Assembly (NCBI GenBank): GCA_048887225.1
Contig: JBHLJY010000004.1
Span: 171,895 to 235,894 of the forward strand
Direction of reading: 5' to 3'
Length of the DNA: 64,000 nucleotides
DNA from: Candidatus Hodarchaeota archaeon
Lineage (GTDB): Archaea > Asgardarchaeota > Lokiarchaeia > Sigyniarchaeales > SOKP01
The notes beneath the pieces were generated by a model that saw only the letters and a program-made list of their open reading frames with translations, did no database searches and was not told the origin of the DNA. Below are positions 52,180 through 61,934 of this stretch, piece after piece; within the stretch, counting starts at the first letter, position 1; every line of letters starts with the position of its first letter. The position numbers and the translations under genes are program-made.

Positions 52180-52518
52180 ATGACATATAAATTAAAGGAA
52201 AAATGCGATAATTCCCGGAAAAGAGAATTTTTTTATGGTAATAAAGAAAATCGCAAGATTAAAGATGTTTATTTAGGATTGTGTTATCTTGAGCCAAATG
52301 AATCTGGAAGAAAGGCAGGACCAGGTAAAGGACACGAAGAAATTCTTTATTTATTGAGTGGTAAGATTCAAATTGAATCAAAAGAAAAAAAAATATTATT
52401 AACTGAAGGCGAAGAATATTTTATTCCTGATGGTTATTCTATTTCATTAAAAAATCTAACAGAGAATAGGATTTATTTTATTATTGCTGGCGGTCATCCA
52501 AAACCACATAAGCATTAA
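52180..52518 (+). CDS. Cupin domain protein
   Basis: HEEILYLLSG, YFIP. Confidence 0.75.
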   Translation: MTYKLKEKCDNSRKREFFYGNKENRKIKDVYLGLCYLEPNESGRKAGPGKGHEEILYLLSGKIQIESKEKKILLTEGEEYFIPDGYSISLKNLTENRIYFIIAGGHPKPHKH

Positions 52519-52581
52519 TTAAATATGAATTTTTCTGTTTAGGGCTAAAAAATTTTTTAATATTATTTAATTCAAATTATA

Positions 52582-53619
52582 TTAATCCTTTTTTTTAGCC
52601 ATTGGATATAAAATATCTTCAGGGGTCGCAACTCCGTAAATTTCGTGAGCTAATTTTCTCAATCCTTCAAGTCCAATCGGTTCTTCTTTAAGCTTGTTAG
52701 ATTGCCAAATTTTCGTTTTTTTAAATTCGTTAATAATTTCTTCTATATAATTAAGTTGGATAGAACGCATATTGTTGCAGAAAACACATTTTTTTGATTT
52801 TGGAGTGATCATATTAATATGAACTCCATCAAGTCTAATATATTTTTTAGTCAAATCTCTTGCTCTTTTAATCTCTTCGAACGAAGGTTTCTCTGCAATA
52901 GTTACTAGTCTAAGCGATCCTACGTCATGGATTAAATTTGATATACGTTCTCCTCTCTGTTCTAGCTCATTTAACATTTTTACAATTTCATCCCCCAAAT
53001 TTACTCTATTTCCCTCTGGTTCAAAAGGATGAAGTATTTTTCGAATCATTTGTGAGACACCTTTAAGCGCGTGTTTTATTGAATTATAAAAGTTTAAAGA
53101 ATACTTCAAAACAACTTTAACTTGATCTTCTGGGATATCGAAAAGAGCTAGCATGTTTGCAGTTGGGGGAAAATCCGCAATAATAACATCAAATCGTAGA
53201 CCTTGAGAATTTAAATCTTCCGCATCTAAGATTTTTTGGAAAAACATGGCATTTTTAAGAGCTAGTGGAATAGATTCTGCTGTAAAAGTTGTATCTATGA
53301 AATTTTTTATTTTCGGTATTAAACCAACAATAGGCATTTTTTTTATTAAACTTCTCAATTTTTTTGCAAAAACTTCCGTGTATTCTCTTGCGTAGACATC
53401 TGGATCAGGTTCAATAGCCCAAAGATTATTTGTCAAAGGTGTTAATTTATCACCAATTTCGATCTTAAATAGATCGCTAAGATTATGCGCCATGTCGAAA
53501 GAAATAAGAAGAATTTTTTTATCTGGAAGGAGATCAGATAAGAAAACAGCTGTTGCTGCGCTTATGGAACTTTTACCTACTCCGCCTTTACCGCCGAGGA
53601 CAATGATTCTTTCAATCAT
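52582..53619 (-). CDS. ArsA/GET3 family ATPase
   Basis: GGKGGVGKS, DMAHNL, DFPPT, CVFC, EPIG. Confidence 0.88.
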   Translation of the reverse strand: MIERIIVLGGKGGVGKSSISAATAVFLSDLLPDKKILLISFDMAHNLSDLFKIEIGDKLTPLTNNLWAIEPDPDVYAREYTEVFAKKLRSLIKKMPIVGLIPKIKNFIDTTFTAESIPLALKNAMFFQKILDAEDLNSQGLRFDVIIADFPPTANMLALFDIPEDQVKVVLKYSLNFYNSIKHALKGVSQMIRKILHPFEPEGNRVNLGDEIVKMLNELEQRGERISNLIHDVGSLRLVTIAEKPSFEEIKRARDLTKKYIRLDGVHINMITPKSKKCVFCNNMRSIQLNYIEEIINEFKKTKIWQSNKLKEEPIGLEGLRKLAHEIYGVATPEDILYPMAKKKD

Positions 53620-54204
53620 GTAAAAAATTCAAGTTTTTTTTAAAAGAAAGGTTATGAATTAAAAACAAGAATACAATAAAAAACTGATTATTTTAAAAAT
53701 AGCTTTAAATTCATTTAATAAAACTAGAAAAAAATACATTCAATTATGATTTTCATTTAGGGAAAAAAACTAATTTCCCTGAAACTTTTGAATCCTTTTC
53801 TTTTTTAAAATAAAAATAAAATCTGCCAATTTCTGTATTTATTTTATATTTAACATGATCTTGTTTCGAATTAGCAAAAAGTTTGTCTAATACGATTTTA
53901 TTCCAATATCTGCTCATAAGTAAGAATTGATTTATAATTTTAATAAAAGAAAATCTTATGGGGATGTTATTTTACCTTTAAATTAATGGAAAGAATTTTA
54001 TTAAATGTTAAACTATATATTTCATAATCATTAATAATTTCTATTTACAATTAACATTCAAAATTAATAAGATATCATTAAATAAAATTATCGATTATAT
54101 AAAAAAATCAGAAATTTTTATCACATAAATAAAATAAAATCATTAAAAACATCAAAAAATCAGAATTATTAATCATATAAACAAATTAAAGTTATCCATT
54201 AAAT

Positions 54205-54320
54205 TCAGACACAATAACTGAGCTTATAGTTGCAGCCTATAAGTTGGGACTTTTATTCGAAATAATAAGTTAAGATTTTAGTTCGAAGGTATAAGACGAG
54301 AGTTATTCTGATTTTTTTTT
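54205..54320 (+). ncRNA. Candidate multi-stem RNA upstream of dnaG
   Basis: Closing stem AATAACT/AGTTATT, hairpin CTTATAG/CTATAAG, second hairpin, T-tract. Confidence 0.35.
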
Positions 54321-54363
54321 AAAATGTAAGAAGTTTAATCAAATCGAAATAAATCTTATAGGA

Positions 54364-55542
54364 GTGATTACAATTACAAATAATCAAACTGATTTTACAA
54401 CTAAATATATTATCGAAACAAAATTTACAATCAAAGGAGTAGTTGAAAAATCTGATATTGTAGGCGCGATTTTTGGACAGACAGAAGGCCTCCTTTTGGA
54501 CCTTGACTTAAGAGATCTTCAAAAATCGGGGCGAATAGGAAGGATTGAAGTTGAAAACGAGTCAAAGGAAGGAATCTCTGAGGGTGTCATTAAAATTCCA
54601 TCTAGCCTTACTCGTAAAGAAACAGCACTACTTGCGGCAACAGTAGAAACAGTGTCCCGTGTAGGGCCCTGTGAAGCTGAGATAAAATTAATGGAGATAA
54701 AGGATGTTCGAGAAACAAAAAGGAAAAAAATCATAGAAAGAGCAACTGAATTATTAAAAGAATGGGATTCAAAATCTTTAGAACCATCGGAAATAGAAGA
54801 AAAAATAGATGCAGATATTAAACTTGGAGAAATTGTCTCATGGGGGCCAGATAAACTTCCAGCTGGGCCTGAAATTAAAGATAGTCAAGAGATAATAATA
54901 GTAGAAGGACGCGCAGATGTCCTAAATCTGTTAAGAATTGACGTAAAAAATACTATTGCAGTGGAAGGAACTCAAGTTCCAAAATCTTTAATCGATTTAA
55001 CAAATAAAAAAGGAACTGTTACTGCATTCTTAGATGGTGATAGAGGTGGCACGATTATCTTGAACGAGCTTTTACAAGTGGCTAAAATTGATTTTGTTGT
55101 AAGAGCTCCTGAAGGATATGAGGTGGAAGAACTAACAAGAAAACAGATGGTAAAGGCTCTACAAAATAAAAAGCGCGCGAAAGACTTAAAAGAACCGGAA
55201 ATAAGTGAAGAAAAATACGCAGGAAAAGAAAGCAAGCTTATCAAAATATTAAAAAAACTAAAAATAAAAGATGTATCAGCTATAGTTGACGCGATTAACA
55301 ATATTGAAGCTGGACATAGCATTGGATTTAATAAAAAAGTACAGAAAGTTTTTGAGATGCCTGTAGGAGAAATTTTTGAAAAAATCCGTGATTTTAAGGA
55401 TTTAACATACCTTATTATCGATGGCGTGCTTACAAAGCGATTGCTTACAATTTCCGTTGACTTAAAAATAAAGTTTATAGCTTGTAAAAATAAAGAGAAT
55501 AAATTAAAAATACCAAGTCATATTACTGTATTTTTCTTTTAA
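54364..55542 (+). CDS. dnaG: Archaeal DnaG (exosome-associated)
   Basis: GAIFGQTEGL, GRIGRI, VEGRADV, DGDRGG TOPRIM. Confidence 0.95.
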   Translation: MITITNNQTDFTTKYIIETKFTIKGVVEKSDIVGAIFGQTEGLLLDLDLRDLQKSGRIGRIEVENESKEGISEGVIKIPSSLTRKETALLAATVETVSRVGPCEAEIKLMEIKDVRETKRKKIIERATELLKEWDSKSLEPSEIEEKIDADIKLGEIVSWGPDKLPAGPEIKDSQEIIIVEGRADVLNLLRIDVKNTIAVEGTQVPKSLIDLTNKKGTVTAFLDGDRGGTIILNELLQVAKIDFVVRAPEGYEVEELTRKQMVKALQNKKRAKDLKEPEISEEKYAGKESKLIKILKKLKIKDVSAIVDAINNIEAGHSIGFNKKVQKVFEMPVGEIFEKIRDFKDLTYLIIDGVLTKRLLTISVDLKIKFIACKNKENKLKIPSHITVFFF

Positions 55543-55578
55543 ATTTAAAATAATTTATTAAAAATATACAGAAAATGA

Positions 55579-55821
55579 TTATTTGCTGATTGGAAGTGCT
55601 ACGGAAAAAATCAATTGAATAATATAGGATAAAACCCCTAAAACAACAAGACCAATCCCACAAATCTTAAATATCAGCCAATACTCTTTTTTTGAAGGTT
55701 TACTCGCGATTTTGAGAATTCTCTTTGCATTACTTATAAATTGGGTTAATCTTTGATACCTTCCTGGCTTCTTTTTTGCTTGATACCTTGCGTACTTTTC
55801 GTATTTAGGATAATTTGACAT
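55579..55821 (-). CDS. secE: Protein translocase SecE/Sec61-gamma
   Basis: RILKIASKPSKKEY followed by a TM helix; ATG 55821. Confidence 0.9.
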   Translation of the reverse strand: MSNYPKYEKYARYQAKKKPGRYQRLTQFISNAKRILKIASKPSKKEYWLIFKICGIGLVVLGVLSYIIQLIFSVALPISK

Positions 55822-55885
55822 GCTATTACACTTCAATTCATAATCTTTAAAAAATTTAACTAGTAGCAAATATTTTAGGAAAAAT

Positions 55886-56785
55886 TCAATTCATATCGAG
55901 TATATTTGAAATAAATAAATCGCGATTAAATGGTTCTAAATCATCATAGGCTTGACCCACCCCGACAAATATAATTGGTTTTTTAGTCTCAAAGGAGATT
56001 GACAGGGCTGCGCCTCCTTTCGCATCAGCATCAAGTTTGGTTAAAATATTAGCATCTATGCCAACATGCTTTTTAAACTCTTTAGCTTGATATAGTGCAT
56101 CATTTCCAGCAAGACTATCACCAACAAAAACTTTCAAATTCGGTTGGGCAACCCTGACGATCTTTTGCATTTCAATCATTAAATTTTTATCTGTTACTTG
56201 TCTGCCTGCTGTGTCTACTAAAACCACATTGATATTTTTAGCTTTGGCATGTTCTATTGCATCATAACATACACTTGCAGGATCAGATTTATAATCATGT
56301 TTAATGACTCTAACTCCGACATTATCCATATGATATGATAACTGCTCTATAGCTCCTGCTCTAAAAGTGTCAGAAGCTACAGCTACAGATGAGATATTAT
56401 GTTTTTTAAGATAATAAGCAATTTTAGCTATTGTAGTTGTCTTACCAGTACCGTTAGTCCCGAAAAATACTATGACATAAGTCGAATTTTTTAAATTTTT
56501 TTTCTTTATCTCTTTTAGTAAATCAATCTCTTGATCCGGTGTTAATACATCAGTAATAATTTCTTCTAACGCATAATATAATATATTTTTTGTTGATGAT
56601 AATCGTCCTATTTGCTCTCCTTTGAATGATTCAACAATTCGATCACAAATTTCGTCTGCGGTGTCGATAGCTACATCATTACTTAAAAGAAGTAGCTTTA
56701 AATCAGTAATCGAATTAGATAATTTCTTTTCGTTTAAAGTTCGCTTGACAAAAGAAGAAAAGCCTTTTTTTAATTTTTCTAACAT
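55886..56785 (-). CDS. ftsY: SRP receptor FtsY (NG domains only)
   Basis: GTGKTT, DTFRAGA, DTAGR, TKLD. Confidence 0.95.
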   Translation of the reverse strand: MLEKLKKGFSSFVKRTLNEKKLSNSITDLKLLLLSNDVAIDTADEICDRIVESFKGEQIGRLSSTKNILYYALEEIITDVLTPDQEIDLLKEIKKKNLKNSTYVIVFFGTNGTGKTTTIAKIAYYLKKHNISSVAVASDTFRAGAIEQLSYHMDNVGVRVIKHDYKSDPASVCYDAIEHAKAKNINVVLVDTAGRQVTDKNLMIEMQKIVRVAQPNLKVFVGDSLAGNDALYQAKEFKKHVGIDANILTKLDADAKGGAALSISFETKKPIIFVGVGQAYDDLEPFNRDLFISNILDMN

Positions 56786-56844
56786 TTTTTTCCTATAAAA
56801 TGAAGCATACTTTAATAAAAAATTAACTTGGACAAAATTAAAAT

Positions 56845-57264
56845 TTATGATTTCTGTTGGAAATCACTTCTCTGAAAAGATCTGGACATATTTTGAAGGT
56901 TTACGTCTAGATTTTGAATTTGAGTTCTTAAATATTGTTGTTGTTCGTTATGCTGCCCAATTATTTTATCAATAAATTCTATCGAACTATCTAAATCCTT
57001 TTCAATCACGACATCTTGAGAGATATAAAATAGAATCCTACTAGGATTCTTAATGGTTGCTTTTAAATTAATTAGCCCCCCTATTGGGACTAGTATTTCT
57101 TCCCCCTCCTTCACATCTTTTAAATTTTCTATTGTAGTTTTAGTATTCATAAGATTATTAAGAGAAATATTAATAATTTCCAATTGATTGGCGAACATAT
57201 CCCTTTGTTCCTTGAGATTGCGAAATTCATATAGGAGTTTGTTTGCCTCTTGAGAATTTTCCAT
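56845..57264 (-). CDS. pfdA: Prefoldin alpha subunit
   Basis: EILVPIGG, coiled coils, operon position. Confidence 0.9.
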   Translation of the reverse strand: MENSQEANKLLYEFRNLKEQRDMFANQLEIINISLNNLMNTKTTIENLKDVKEGEEILVPIGGLINLKATIKNPSRILFYISQDVVIEKDLDSSIEFIDKIIGQHNEQQQYLRTQIQNLDVNLQNMSRSFQRSDFQQKS

Positions 57265-57295
57265 ATTTTTCCACCCAAATTTAATTAGTTCTTAT

Positions 57296-57526
57296 CTATT
57301 GAGATAATTCACGGATAAGATGATCTTGACTCTCTTCTGGAGTAATTTCCTTTATTTCTTTAATTTTAATTTGTCGCCTATAAATCCCTATAGATGTTAT
57401 TTGCGATAATGCTTTTTCAAGAGCATCTTCTTCTTTAAGAGCTCTTATTTCTTTTCTAAAAAGATATTTTTTGTGTTTCTTTTTGTAAGTACCGATTATT
57501 TGGAATATTTTTATCTCTGATGACAT
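57296..57526 (-). CDS. rpl18a: Ribosomal protein eL20 (L18Ae/LX)
   Basis: FRKEIRALKEEDALEK...RRQIKI. Confidence 0.85.
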   Translation of the reverse strand: MSSEIKIFQIIGTYKKKHKKYLFRKEIRALKEEDALEKALSQITSIGIYRRQIKIKEIKEITPEESQDHLIRELSQ

Positions 57527-57599
57527 TTTTAAATTGCATAAATATTTAGAAAATAATAAATTTTAGTTTTTTATTAGATTTAGGAAAAAATAGTGTTCT

Positions 57600-58268
57600 T
57601 TATAATTTTAGAACGGATGTAAGCCTCATTAACTCTGGTCCCGTTGAATCTAAGCCAAAAATCCCACTTTTATCGTTAACAATAGCACCCGCACTAAGAT
57701 ATGGAATTCCTCGATTGATTGTGGAAACATCAGTATCCTCGACTTTTAAAATTGATGTAATCTTCTCAATTTCATCGTCACTTGCAAGAGGATGGACCAA
57801 ACAGCCATTGTTATTTACTATAGAGATTGATCCTGGAAGAAAAGAGCCTGCGAATTCAAAAACCTCTGTTTCAACGTTTAAAATATCTTCTATTTGTTTC
57901 ATACAGTCTTTTAAAAACGAGCTAATGATTGCCCCCTTGTCGTTGCAAAGTATTAGGTTTCCAAACGCATTATCTATTGATTTAAGAATTCCAATTTGGG
58001 CTCCCCCCACATATGATTTAAGTAAGTTAAGCTCATCTTCCTTTATAATATTCGGAACAATAATTCCATATTTATTTGACGCCGTGTATATCCCTAATAA
58101 ATTAGAATTATTTAGGGTTAATGGGTATAATGGTTCATCAAAAACAGATTTGAACTTCTTAATTATTGGCTCTAATAAAAGATGAGGATATAAAACATAA
58201 GAATTGTTTGCTGTCAAATAGACGCCTATTAAACTTCCGCCAAATATTTGGGATTTTAAAATAGACAA
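57600..58268 (-). CDS. eif6: Translation initiation factor 6
   Basis: GNLILCND.GA, STINRG, TGPEL. Confidence 0.93.
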   Translation of the reverse strand: MSILKSQIFGGSLIGVYLTANNSYVLYPHLLLEPIIKKFKSVFDEPLYPLTLNNSNLLGIYTASNKYGIIVPNIIKEDELNLLKSYVGGAQIGILKSIDNAFGNLILCNDKGAIISSFLKDCMKQIEDILNVETEVFEFAGSFLPGSISIVNNNGCLVHPLASDDEIEKITSILKVEDTDVSTINRGIPYLSAGAIVNDKSGIFGLDSTGPELMRLTSVLKL

Positions 58269-58334
58269 GTACTAAACATTCACCGAATATCTTTTTTTAA
58301 AAACCAGAATGATTTCTTTAAAAAATATTATTTT

Positions 58335-58811
58335 TCAAGCTAAATAGACCACGACCAAACCGTCAATATTTTTTGTTGCTCTTACCTTTAATTTACGAGG
58401 TGGCTTCTGAGCACCTCGTTCCCAGATTTTTTCATTTACTTCTTGTGAAATGACTAAAGATTCGGGTTTAAAATGGCGATTCATATATTCCCTTAGATAC
58501 CTGATCGATTTCTTTGCCCTTTTAATCCTTGGACCTCTTCGAGCTTTTGCGAAGGGAATAATATATATTCGCTCGTCAATAATTTCTTCTTCAGCCTCAA
58601 CTTCTTCAATTTCTTCCTCCTCCAATTCTTCTTCAAATATTTCTTCAATTTCCTCTTCTTCGGAAACCTCTTCTATTTCAAATTCATCAATTTCTTCAAT
58701 CTTTTCTGCTTCATCAGCTTCTTCTTCTTTAATCTCTTCTACTTCTTCAACTTCTTCCAATTCTTTCTCTAAATCATCTAAATCGATTTCTTCACTTTTT
58801 TTTTTCGCCAT
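58335..58811 (-). CDS. rpl31e: Ribosomal protein eL31 with long acidic N-terminal extension
   Basis: ERIYIIP...RAKKS...VNEKIWERG.QKPPRK; about 77 E/D-rich residues before it. Confidence 0.92.
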   Translation of the reverse strand: MAKKKSEEIDLDDLEKELEEVEEVEEIKEEEADEAEKIEEIDEFEIEEVSEEEEIEEIFEEELEEEEIEEVEAEEEIIDERIYIIPFAKARRGPRIKRAKKSIRYLREYMNRHFKPESLVISQEVNEKIWERGAQKPPRKLKVRATKNIDGLVVVYLA

Positions 58812-58846
58812 TATAATTCTAATTCTTTTGTTTATTAATGATTAAC

Positions 58847-59008
58847 TTAATCTTTCTTGAGCTTAGTATTTCTCCATTCTCTTCTCGTATATGGACTATT
58901 TCTAACCCTACCTCCAGTCCTCATAATCACCCAACTTGGGATCGATTTACTTTGCTTTAACTTCTTTGCTCTTCTTAGTTTGGAGGGTAGATCTTTATTT
59001 CTGGCCAA
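58847..59008 (-). CDS. rpl39e: Ribosomal protein eL39
   Basis: Manual translation from TTG: MARNKDLPSKLRRAKKLKQSKSIPSWVIMRTGGRVRNSPYTRREWRNTKLKKD. Confidence 0.93.
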   Translation of the reverse strand: MARNKDLPSKLRRAKKLKQSKSIPSWVIMRTGGRVRNSPYTRREWRNTKLKKD

Positions 59009-59024
59009 TAGGTCTCTCATCTCT

Positions 59025-59369
59025 TTAAATATTTTGATTAAATTTTTTAATTTTAAAATCTTTTTTCTTATCAGCTAATTGTTCCAACAGCCTTTTAAAA
59101 GCGGTGTCCGATAATGGACCCCTTAATCTTCCTGCTTGAGCTAATTGTATCAATTGGATCTCAACTTGTTGAGCAAATTCAGGTTTAACCATTCTAATAT
59201 TTTCTAATCGTTGTCGTCCCTCTTGAGTAAGAATCTTTCTCATGATTTGGTATTTCTTAGTTTCAAATTCCTGTTGCTGTGCCTCAGCATATTGTTGCTG
59301 AGCAACTTGTAGCTGCAATTCTTCTAATTTCTTTTTTCTTAATTTTTCTAATTCGTCTTCATCACTCAA
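59025..59369 (-). CDS. PDCD5-like DNA-binding protein
   Basis: ILTQEGRQRLENIRMVKPE, VEIQLIQL. Confidence 0.9.
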   Translation of the reverse strand: MSDEDELEKLRKKKLEELQLQVAQQQYAEAQQQEFETKKYQIMRKILTQEGRQRLENIRMVKPEFAQQVEIQLIQLAQAGRLRGPLSDTAFKRLLEQLADKKKDFKIKKFNQNI

Positions 59370-59403
59370 AGTAAAACACGAGAGATTATTTTATTAAAAA
59401 ATC

Positions 59404-59835
59404 TTAGCTCTTTTTTCTTAAAATTGAATATGCCATTCTTTCCAATAAACTTGTTCCTTCACTAGACACAATTCTTCCTTTTTTTTCTATTTTCGCGATT
59501 AGATTTGCCTCCTCTAATTGTTGTAATGCTACTCTTATTATTTTACCAGATCCTTTAGAACTATGGTTCAAACCCGAACCCCTTTTATTTCTTCCTCCAT
59601 ATTTTTTTCTTAAACGGTTTACGCCGATTGGGCCAAATTTTTTAACCTTTCGCAATAAGGACGCGCAACGGACATACCAAAAATTTTCATGGTCTTTAGG
59701 TGCCAATTCTTTAAAGAATGCACTTTTCCAGAATTCGCTCCCCTCCGGTGGTTTTACAATTTCGCCATAGGATTCTTTTAACTTCTCCGCAATTATTTGC
59801 ATTAATGCTTTAGGCTCAACGACATATATCGACAT
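59404..59835 (-). CDS. rps19e: Ribosomal protein eS19
   Basis: WYVRCASLLRK, GSGKIIR.ALQQLE. Confidence 0.95.
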   Translation of the reverse strand: MSIYVVEPKALMQIIAEKLKESYGEIVKPPEGSEFWKSAFFKELAPKDHENFWYVRCASLLRKVKKFGPIGVNRLRKKYGGRNKRGSGLNHSSKGSGKIIRVALQQLEEANLIAKIEKKGRIVSSEGTSLLERMAYSILRKKS

Positions 59836-59929
59836 GCCAATATCTTTAATTTATAGTTCTTAATTATTATATAATACGATATAAAAAGAAGTTAGAATTA
59901 AAAATTTTTTTATTTTAGAAACTTAAAAG

Positions 59930-60202
59930 ATGGTTTATACCAAAGAATTTAAAAAAATACTATTGTCAGATCCAAATGCTATTTTAGGTAAAAAAGGAAT
60001 TTCAGACGAATTCATTAATCATATAAATAATCTACTAAATCAATATAAAATCATTAAGATTAAAGCTTTAAAAACAATTGCTAATAAAACAAATATAAAA
60101 GAAATAGCTAAAAATGTTGCTGCTTACACAGAATCATATTTACTTGATGTGCGCGGCTTAAAATTCATAATTTCAAGAGAAAAAATGAAAAAAAAACAAT
60201 AA
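59930..60202 (+). CDS. YhbY/CRM RNA-binding protein
   Basis: LGKKGI, IIKIK, DVRG. Confidence 0.8.
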   Translation: MVYTKEFKKILLSDPNAILGKKGISDEFINHINNLLNQYKIIKIKALKTIANKTNIKEIAKNVAAYTESYLLDVRGLKFIISREKMKKKQ

Positions 60203-60215
60203 AACACTTTTTGAT

Positions 60216-60551
60216 ATGCCTAATTATAAGTATATTATTAAACAAATTGCAAAATCGAGAATGGAATATTTATTCCAAAGGGCACATAAAATTTTTCCTG
60301 AAAAGAAAAAATTAAGTAATAGATATGTATATTTAGCCCAGAAATACGCACAGAGAGCCCGAATTACAATTCCTGCTGAATGGAAAAAACGCATATGCCA
60401 CAAGTGTAAAAGATTTCTCTATCCAGGAATAAATTGTAGAATAAGAATGCAATCACGTAAAGGAGGGGGTGGATCCCATATCAGTATGACCTGTTTTGAG
60501 TGTAAGAAAACAACACGCTATTTTATTAAAACCAAAAAAAGATCCAAATAA
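60216..60551 (+). CDS. rnp4: RNase P protein Rpp21
   Basis: RYVYLA, CHKC...PG...CFEC. Confidence 0.92.
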   Translation: MPNYKYIIKQIAKSRMEYLFQRAHKIFPEKKKLSNRYVYLAQKYAQRARITIPAEWKKRICHKCKRFLYPGINCRIRMQSRKGGGGSHISMTCFECKKTTRYFIKTKKRSK

Positions 60552-60563
60552 TGTAAATTTAAA

Positions 60564-61238
60564 ATGCCTCTTATTATTATTTTAGCTGAATGTGGACTTG
60601 AATTAATTCCAAGAGAAATTAGAAACCATCCTATAGTTAAAAAACATCTTTCTCGTAAGAATTATTCCTCTCAAATTTTGGATAATGCTCTACATCATTC
60701 AGCTATGATTAATTTACCGAATAGAGAAAAAAGAGGCCGCCCTGATATTGCACATATATGTATTTTAAATGCTTTAGGGACTCCTTTAAGTAAAAGCGGA
60801 AATTTAAGATTAATTATTCAAACAGTCCAAAACAGAATTTTTGAAATTAATCCTGAGATTAGAATTACTCGAAACTTTAACAGATTCAAAGGTTTAATGG
60901 CAAAATTATTAGTTGATGGAGCTATTGCTGTTGACAATACATTCTTAATCTCTGGTTTTGATGGAACTCTAATTGATTTAATACAAACTTTTAAAGATCC
61001 TCACATTACAATTCTTTCTAGTAAAGGAAGGCAAATTAAAAATTTTCACGAACTATTTCCTTATAACTCATCGTATAATAAAATTGTAATAATAGGAGGA
61101 TTTCAAAAAGGTAATTTTACAAAAGATATCTTAGCATTTTCAGATAATATAGTCTCTATCTCAAAATATCAATTAGATGCATGGATTGTAGTGAATAAAA
61201 TAATTAACTATTATGAAATTACTCAAAATATATCCTAG
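60564..61238 (+). CDS. nep1: Nep1/Emg1 rRNA methyltransferase
   Basis: RGRPDI.H, RNFNRF.GL, IGGF. Confidence 0.93.
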   Translation: MPLIIILAECGLELIPREIRNHPIVKKHLSRKNYSSQILDNALHHSAMINLPNREKRGRPDIAHICILNALGTPLSKSGNLRLIIQTVQNRIFEINPEIRITRNFNRFKGLMAKLLVDGAIAVDNTFLISGFDGTLIDLIQTFKDPHITILSSKGRQIKNFHELFPYNSSYNKIVIIGGFQKGNFTKDILAFSDNIVSISKYQLDAWIVVNKIINYYEITQNIS

Positions 61239-61317
61239 AATGTATAAACCAGTAAAGTTATAAAATATAATTATTTTTTTAACTTACAAAAAAAGTCAAA
61301 ATTTACTAATTATTAAT

Positions 61318-61389
61318 GCGCTCGTAGTCTAGGGGTTAGGATAGCGGGCTTCCAACCCGCCGACCCGGGTTCAATTCCCGGCGGGCGCA
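61318..61389 (+). tRNA. tRNA-Gly(TCC)
   Basis: Cloverleaf GCGCTCG/CGGGCGC, anticodon arm GCGGG-CT TCC AA-CCCGC, T arm CCGGG-TTCAATT-CCCGG. Confidence 0.97.
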
Positions 61390-61569
61390 TTCTTATATTC
61401 TATCTTAATTTTTCCAAGTTTTTTAAAACCTGAGATTTAAGTTGTAAATTCAATTTGATTAAAACTTAACAATAAAAGACGGAAAATTTTATATGATCTC
61501 TTTTCCTTTCTACCTTACGTTTACTAAGTTTTATTCTTACTTTTAGAAGAAGTTAAGAAATTCTTGTAT

Positions 61570-61693
61570 GCCAAGGTGGCGTAGCCCGGGAACGCACCAG
61601 AATCTCTCAATGATGGTGAAACTGAAGATCTGGGTATCGTGGGTTCAAAAAAAAAGCCCCATTCGAGCTTTTTGGAATGTCCCACCCTTGGCA
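61570..61693 (+). tRNA. tRNA-Phe(GAA) with two non-canonical introns (61601-61620 at 30/31; 61650-61679 at 59/60)
   Basis: Acceptor GCCAAGG/CCTTGGC; after removal CCAGA-CT GAA GA-TCTGG and GTGGG-TTCAAAT-CCCAC; 74-nt mature tRNA; BHB-like motifs at both junctions. Confidence 0.92.
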
Positions 61694-61934
61694 TATTAAA
61701 ATTTTAATTTATCAATTATTTTTCTAGCTTGATCATCATAAGTTAATATTATTTCTTTTGAAAGACACTCGTATTAGTATAATTTAACCATAAGATATTC
61801 AAATTTAAAAGGCCTCTATTTTGAATTCATTAGAATCTTATAGTTTTTCTACTCGAATAGAACTTATCTTTAAAACAAAAGAATAAATATTAATTTTTTT
61901 ATATAACTTTTAAGCATCTTTTTGAGGTTGTGGT

